A DNA stretch of 28,893 nucleotides, from IMG/VR virus record IMGVR_UViG_3300042914_001903, positions 1-28,893 of that record; one strand, 5' to 3'. The stretch comes from a virus. Its lineage: Duplodnaviria; Caudoviricetes. The position numbers were made by a program, and so were the translations under genes. The notes beneath the pieces were generated by a model, which had not been told where the DNA came from, made no database searches, and saw nothing but the letters and a program-made list of their open reading frames with translations. This document shows positions 25,515 through 28,893 of the stretch, in pieces (positions within the stretch are counted from its first letter, which is position 1; each line of letters opens with the position of its first letter).

Positions 25515-25724
25515 ATGATTAATTTAAATGGAACAAATTGGAATATAACCTCACTTGGAGTAAATAATAACTTCTACTATGTATCAGTTTCAGATGAAGT
25601 TAATACTATAGACTATGTTATTGATGTGTCTGTAATTGATAAAACAAAGCTTATACTACCTCAAATTTATAACTACATACTAACTCAACCTGATTTTGCA
25701 GGTGGAACTTTAATTAGCAGTTGA
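25515..25724 (+). CDS. small protein after tail fibre (possible fibre assembly chaperone)
   Basis: 69 aa from ATG 25515, one nt after the fibre stop. Function inferred from position only. Confidence 0.55.
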   Translation: MINLNGTNWNITSLGVNNNFYYVSVSDEVNTIDYVIDVSVIDKTKLILPQIYNYILTQPDFAGGTLISS

Positions 25725-25755
25725 AATAACCTACACAATTTATTATTCATAAGTT
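25721..25755 (+). promoter_or_regulatory. late-type promoter motif copy 7
   Basis: TTGA-N15-TTATTATT-N8-ATG(25756). Confidence 0.7.
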
Positions 25756-26418
25756 ATGACCGTATTCTATGACGTAGCTACAATACTTAAATCTGTTGGA
25801 GGATTAACCGAGCAAGAAGCTGTGCTTCCTACAGGTACCGACCTATCTGTTAGACTTCAATATGTTAATGATGCTTTAGGAGAGTGGGCTGATACCTATA
25901 CTTGGAAAGATCTAAGAACTACTTTAGCTATCAACACTTCAACTGCATCTGTAAATGTAGTAAATCTCCCAACTAACTTTAGAGAGCCTTTATCTACTCT
26001 ATACGTCTTTTCAGATACAGGAAATTTGCCTACAGAATACCCTCTCATTGATGCTAGAGAAAGATTTTCAAAATTCGATACTGATAAATACTGCTACCTT
26101 ATGAACACTTTTAGGAATAAACAGTTGATTGTAAATCCTGCACTTGAAAGTGGTGCATCATGTCAAATAGACTATATGTCTTTCCCTTCTTCTGTTGCAA
26201 CTACAACTGATTTTGTTCCAATTTCAGCATCACAATATCTAGTTAAGCGAGTATCTGCTATGGTATTTCAAGCTAGAGGTGATTCAAGATATCCACTTCT
26301 TCAAGCAGATGCTCAAAGAATGTTATCCAACGCTATTGAGGAACAAAATGTACCATTTGGAAAAGTTAATAGAATACCAATCGATACAAATAGTTTCACA
26401 ATAGGAGTTGATGGATAA
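25756..26418 (+). CDS. head-tail adaptor (tail tubular protein A/P22 gp4-like)
   Basis: 220 aa with LQYVNDAL..W....W..L and LPTNF motifs. Precedes the nozzle-like gene. Confidence 0.7.
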   Translation: MTVFYDVATILKSVGGLTEQEAVLPTGTDLSVRLQYVNDALGEWADTYTWKDLRTTLAINTSTASVNVVNLPTNFREPLSTLYVFSDTGNLPTEYPLIDARERFSKFDTDKYCYLMNTFRNKQLIVNPALESGASCQIDYMSFPSSVATTTDFVPISASQYLVKRVSAMVFQARGDSRYPLLQADAQRMLSNAIEEQNVPFGKVNRIPIDTNSFTIGVDG

Positions 26419-28373
26419 TGCCTGTACTTAACACTAGAACTCCTAGCTACTCACCACAACCAAGATTTCAATCAATCTACAATGGCTTCCCAGGAGGTCT
26501 AAATCTTTATTACACTCCAACAGAAATTCAAAAAACAGAGTTAGTACAAGCTGATAACTGTATGTTGATTGGTGCTGGTGTTGTGACAGGTAGATGGGGT
26601 TCTCAGACCTATTTCTCAACAGGATCAACTACTATCAGAATGCTTGAGAAATACGAAAACTTAAACACCTCAGTTAATGAACTTTTAGTTGTAACTGATA
26701 CAGGATACCTAAGAAAGAAATCAGGTACATCAACAACAGTAGTTACAGGAGTTTCTTTTGCTTCAGGTGCTATTGTTAATTCTACTCAAATTGCTAACTA
26801 CCAATACTTGGTTTCTTCTTCTACTAAATTTTCAAGATATGATGGCACTAATGTGTCTGTCTATAACGGCATTTCAGCTCCTGCATCTGTAACTGTAGCG
26901 TACGTATCAGGTGCTACAGGTACTGCTACTTGGTCTTATAGAATCACAGCTTTTTCAAAAACAGGAGAAACCTTACCATCTTCTGCAGTTTTACTTAACA
27001 ATATGTCTTTTGACAGAGAAAACTTTACAGCTAGAGTAAATTGGGTACAGCCATCAACAGCATCAACAGATATCGTAGGCTTTGGTATTTATGCAGGGCT
27101 ACCTGGTGATGAAACCTTAATTGCAAACGTTGGACCTACAGTATCTTCTTACACCGATACAGGTACTCCACAATCATCTACCTTTACACCAACAGTTGAT
27201 ACTACAGCAGGGGTAAAAGCTAAATACATTAAAAGATTTGATGATAGGTTAGTTTTAGCAGGTATTGAAAACGACCCTACAATGCTTATGATTTCAGGTA
27301 AATATCCGTACCAAGATAGATTTAACTGGCAAAATGGTGGTGGATACATAAAGATTGCACCTGATAGTGGTGATGAAATTACAGGTATTGAAGTGTTAGG
27401 TCAAAACTCTTTTGGTGGTTTTAATACTCCTGGCATCTTGGTATTTATGAAGGAATCAGTATACTTTGTTTCTTTAAGTTATGTTGATATTGGTAACTAC
27501 TCTATCTTAAATCCACAACAACAAATCATATCCCCAACAGGTGCTTCATCATTTAGAAGCATTGTTAATATTCAAAACAATACCTTCTACTTTGGAAGAC
27601 TAGGTCTACAAACAATCGGAGCTGAAAGAAGCTACCTATCTCAAATTAGAACTGCTGAGGTTTCAGCTAGAATTAGACCTTATGTTCAAAACATATCTGC
27701 TTCTGATTTAGGAACTATTGCATCAGGTTACATGGACTACAAATATTTATTCTCTTTACCAAATAGCAAAGAAACTATGATTTATGATTATGAAAGAGCT
27801 TGTTTTATGGGTCCTTGGAAAACTCCATTTGGCATCACTCAATGGCTTGAGTACATTGATTCTGATGGTATAGTCAGGTACCTTGCTGGCTGTAATGACG
27901 GAATAGTTAGAGAGTTTAATTCTAAATTTAACTCAGATTCAGGATCAGCTATTATTAAAACAGTTAAAACTAAAAAAGATGATTTTGATAATTGGTCAGT
28001 TTTAAAGACCTTTGAACTTTTAAACTTACTCTTTAGAGAAGTATCAGGAACTGTAAATGTTTCAATAATTTATGAAGATAGAGCAGGGATTATTAGACAA
28101 GCTGTTAAATCTTTCTCACTAACAGGTTCAACAGGAGGTACAGGATGGGGTACAGACCTATGGGGTTCCCATAATTGGGGTACTTCTAACACTAATGTTA
28201 TAACTCCAACACCACAAGACATAATTAGATGGTCATCATTATATAAAACAGGTAGGAACGTACAGTTTCAAATAGTTCAAAACGATACAGAAACTAACTT
28301 TCAGTTGGTAGATATCAAATTATCAGCAACTCTACAACCTGAAGGTTCCCTGTCTTCATCTCTTCGAATATAA
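26418..28373 (+). CDS. tail nozzle (tail tubular protein B/P22 gp10-like)
   Basis: 651 aa beta-rich protein with FPGGLN N-terminus, FDDRLVLAG, GDEITGI, ILVFMKESVY, and an inserted FN3-like segment (YRITAFSKTGETLPS). Confidence 0.75.
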   Translation: MPVLNTRTPSYSPQPRFQSIYNGFPGGLNLYYTPTEIQKTELVQADNCMLIGAGVVTGRWGSQTYFSTGSTTIRMLEKYENLNTSVNELLVVTDTGYLRKKSGTSTTVVTGVSFASGAIVNSTQIANYQYLVSSSTKFSRYDGTNVSVYNGISAPASVTVAYVSGATGTATWSYRITAFSKTGETLPSSAVLLNNMSFDRENFTARVNWVQPSTASTDIVGFGIYAGLPGDETLIANVGPTVSSYTDTGTPQSSTFTPTVDTTAGVKAKYIKRFDDRLVLAGIENDPTMLMISGKYPYQDRFNWQNGGGYIKIAPDSGDEITGIEVLGQNSFGGFNTPGILVFMKESVYFVSLSYVDIGNYSILNPQQQIISPTGASSFRSIVNIQNNTFYFGRLGLQTIGAERSYLSQIRTAEVSARIRPYVQNISASDLGTIASGYMDYKYLFSLPNSKETMIYDYERACFMGPWKTPFGITQWLEYIDSDGIVRYLAGCNDGIVREFNSKFNSDSGSAIIKTVKTKKDDFDNWSVLKTFELLNLLFREVSGTVNVSIIYEDRAGIIRQAVKSFSLTGSTGGTGWGTDLWGSHNWGTSNTNVITPTPQDIIRWSSLYKTGRNVQFQIVQNDTETNFQLVDIKLSATLQPEGSLSSSLRI

Positions 28374-28374
28374 C

Positions 28375-28409
28375 TTGCTATTTAAATATTTATTTATTAT
28401 TTCTAAATT
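28375..28409 (+). promoter_or_regulatory. late-type promoter motif copy 8
   Basis: TTGC-N15-TTATTATT-N8-ATG(28410). Confidence 0.7.
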
Positions 28410-28893
28410 ATGGCTAATTTATATAATGTACCACTTAAAAACGCAGTTCAGAAGGTTTTAGCAAATACTTTGCTTACCTCAGAAACAGGAACAATAACTT
28501 TTACTACTTCTGTTACATCAGATTTACAAGCATCAGCTAGTATTCCTGGTATCTTAGTTGTAGATAGAGTTGATGTTAATGGTACTTTAACCCCATCCTT
28601 AACCGAATATATTTCTTTTACAGGTGTATCAGGATCAACTGTTACAGGTCTTGTAAGGGGTTTAGGTGGAACTTCAGCACAAGACCACGCAATCGGGGCG
28701 ATCGTTGAGTTTGTACCTGACGTTGTTTGGGCTGATTCTTTAAATGACGTATTTACAACTCAACACAATGCTGATGGTACTCATAAAACTTTATCTAATT
28801 TATCTTTAGTATCAGTCACTATTAACAACTCTACTTTAAATAATATTTCTTTTGCTGGTAACTCTTTAGTATCAGTTAATATCGGTTCTTCAG
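28410..28893 (+). CDS. tail fibre/spike N-terminal part, truncated by window end (absent from ORF track)
   Basis: Open frame MANLYNVPLKNAVQKVL...EYISFTGVSGSTVTGLVRGLGGTSAQDHAIGAIVEF...HNADGTH. RG..GT.A..H..GA.VE is a common fibre attachment-domain motif. Confidence 0.75.
   Translation, partial: MANLYNVPLKNAVQKVLANTLLTSETGTITFTTSVTSDLQASASIPGILVVDRVDVNGTLTPSLTEYISFTGVSGSTVTGLVRGLGGTSAQDHAIGAIVEFVPDVVWADSLNDVFTTQHNADGTHKTLSNLSLVSVTINNSTLNNISFAGNSLVSVNIGSS

Noticed and set aside
526-28373. Stop-codon reassignment (alternative genetic code)
   Set aside because: Core genes are full length in the standard code, and TAA, TAG and TGA all occur as stops at sensible, often coupled, gene ends.

Overview
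AT-rich segment of a tailed dsDNA phage with podovirus-like morphogenesis genes, read in the standard genetic code and almost entirely on the + strand. Gene order: TerS, TerL, portal, two small ORFs, two probable ejection/internal virion proteins (one 1639 aa with an LPD38-like region), a run of tiny Lys-rich proteins, thioredoxin and a NUMOD4-HNH-AP2 homing endonuclease. These are followed by a divergent cassette (2 XRE-HTH genes versus 2 paralogous small genes plus an HNH gene), tRNA-Thr(UGU), scaffold, major capsid protein and a five-gene glycosylation cluster. The window ends with a PD-(D/E)xK resolvase-like gene, Ser/Thr-rich tail fibre genes, head-tail adaptor, tail nozzle and a truncated tail protein. 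The most notable observations are: (1) an 8-copy fixed-geometry non-canonical promoter motif that puts +1 on the A of ATG (leaderless late regulon); (2) a probable virion protein-glycosylation system with recurring Ser/Thr motifs in structural proteins; (3) an endonuclease insertion that duplicated the first 15 codons of its target gene; (4) a mirror-image HTH/paralogue cassette resembling anti-defence modules. Family names come from motif recognition by eye, not from database searches, and the host is not determined.
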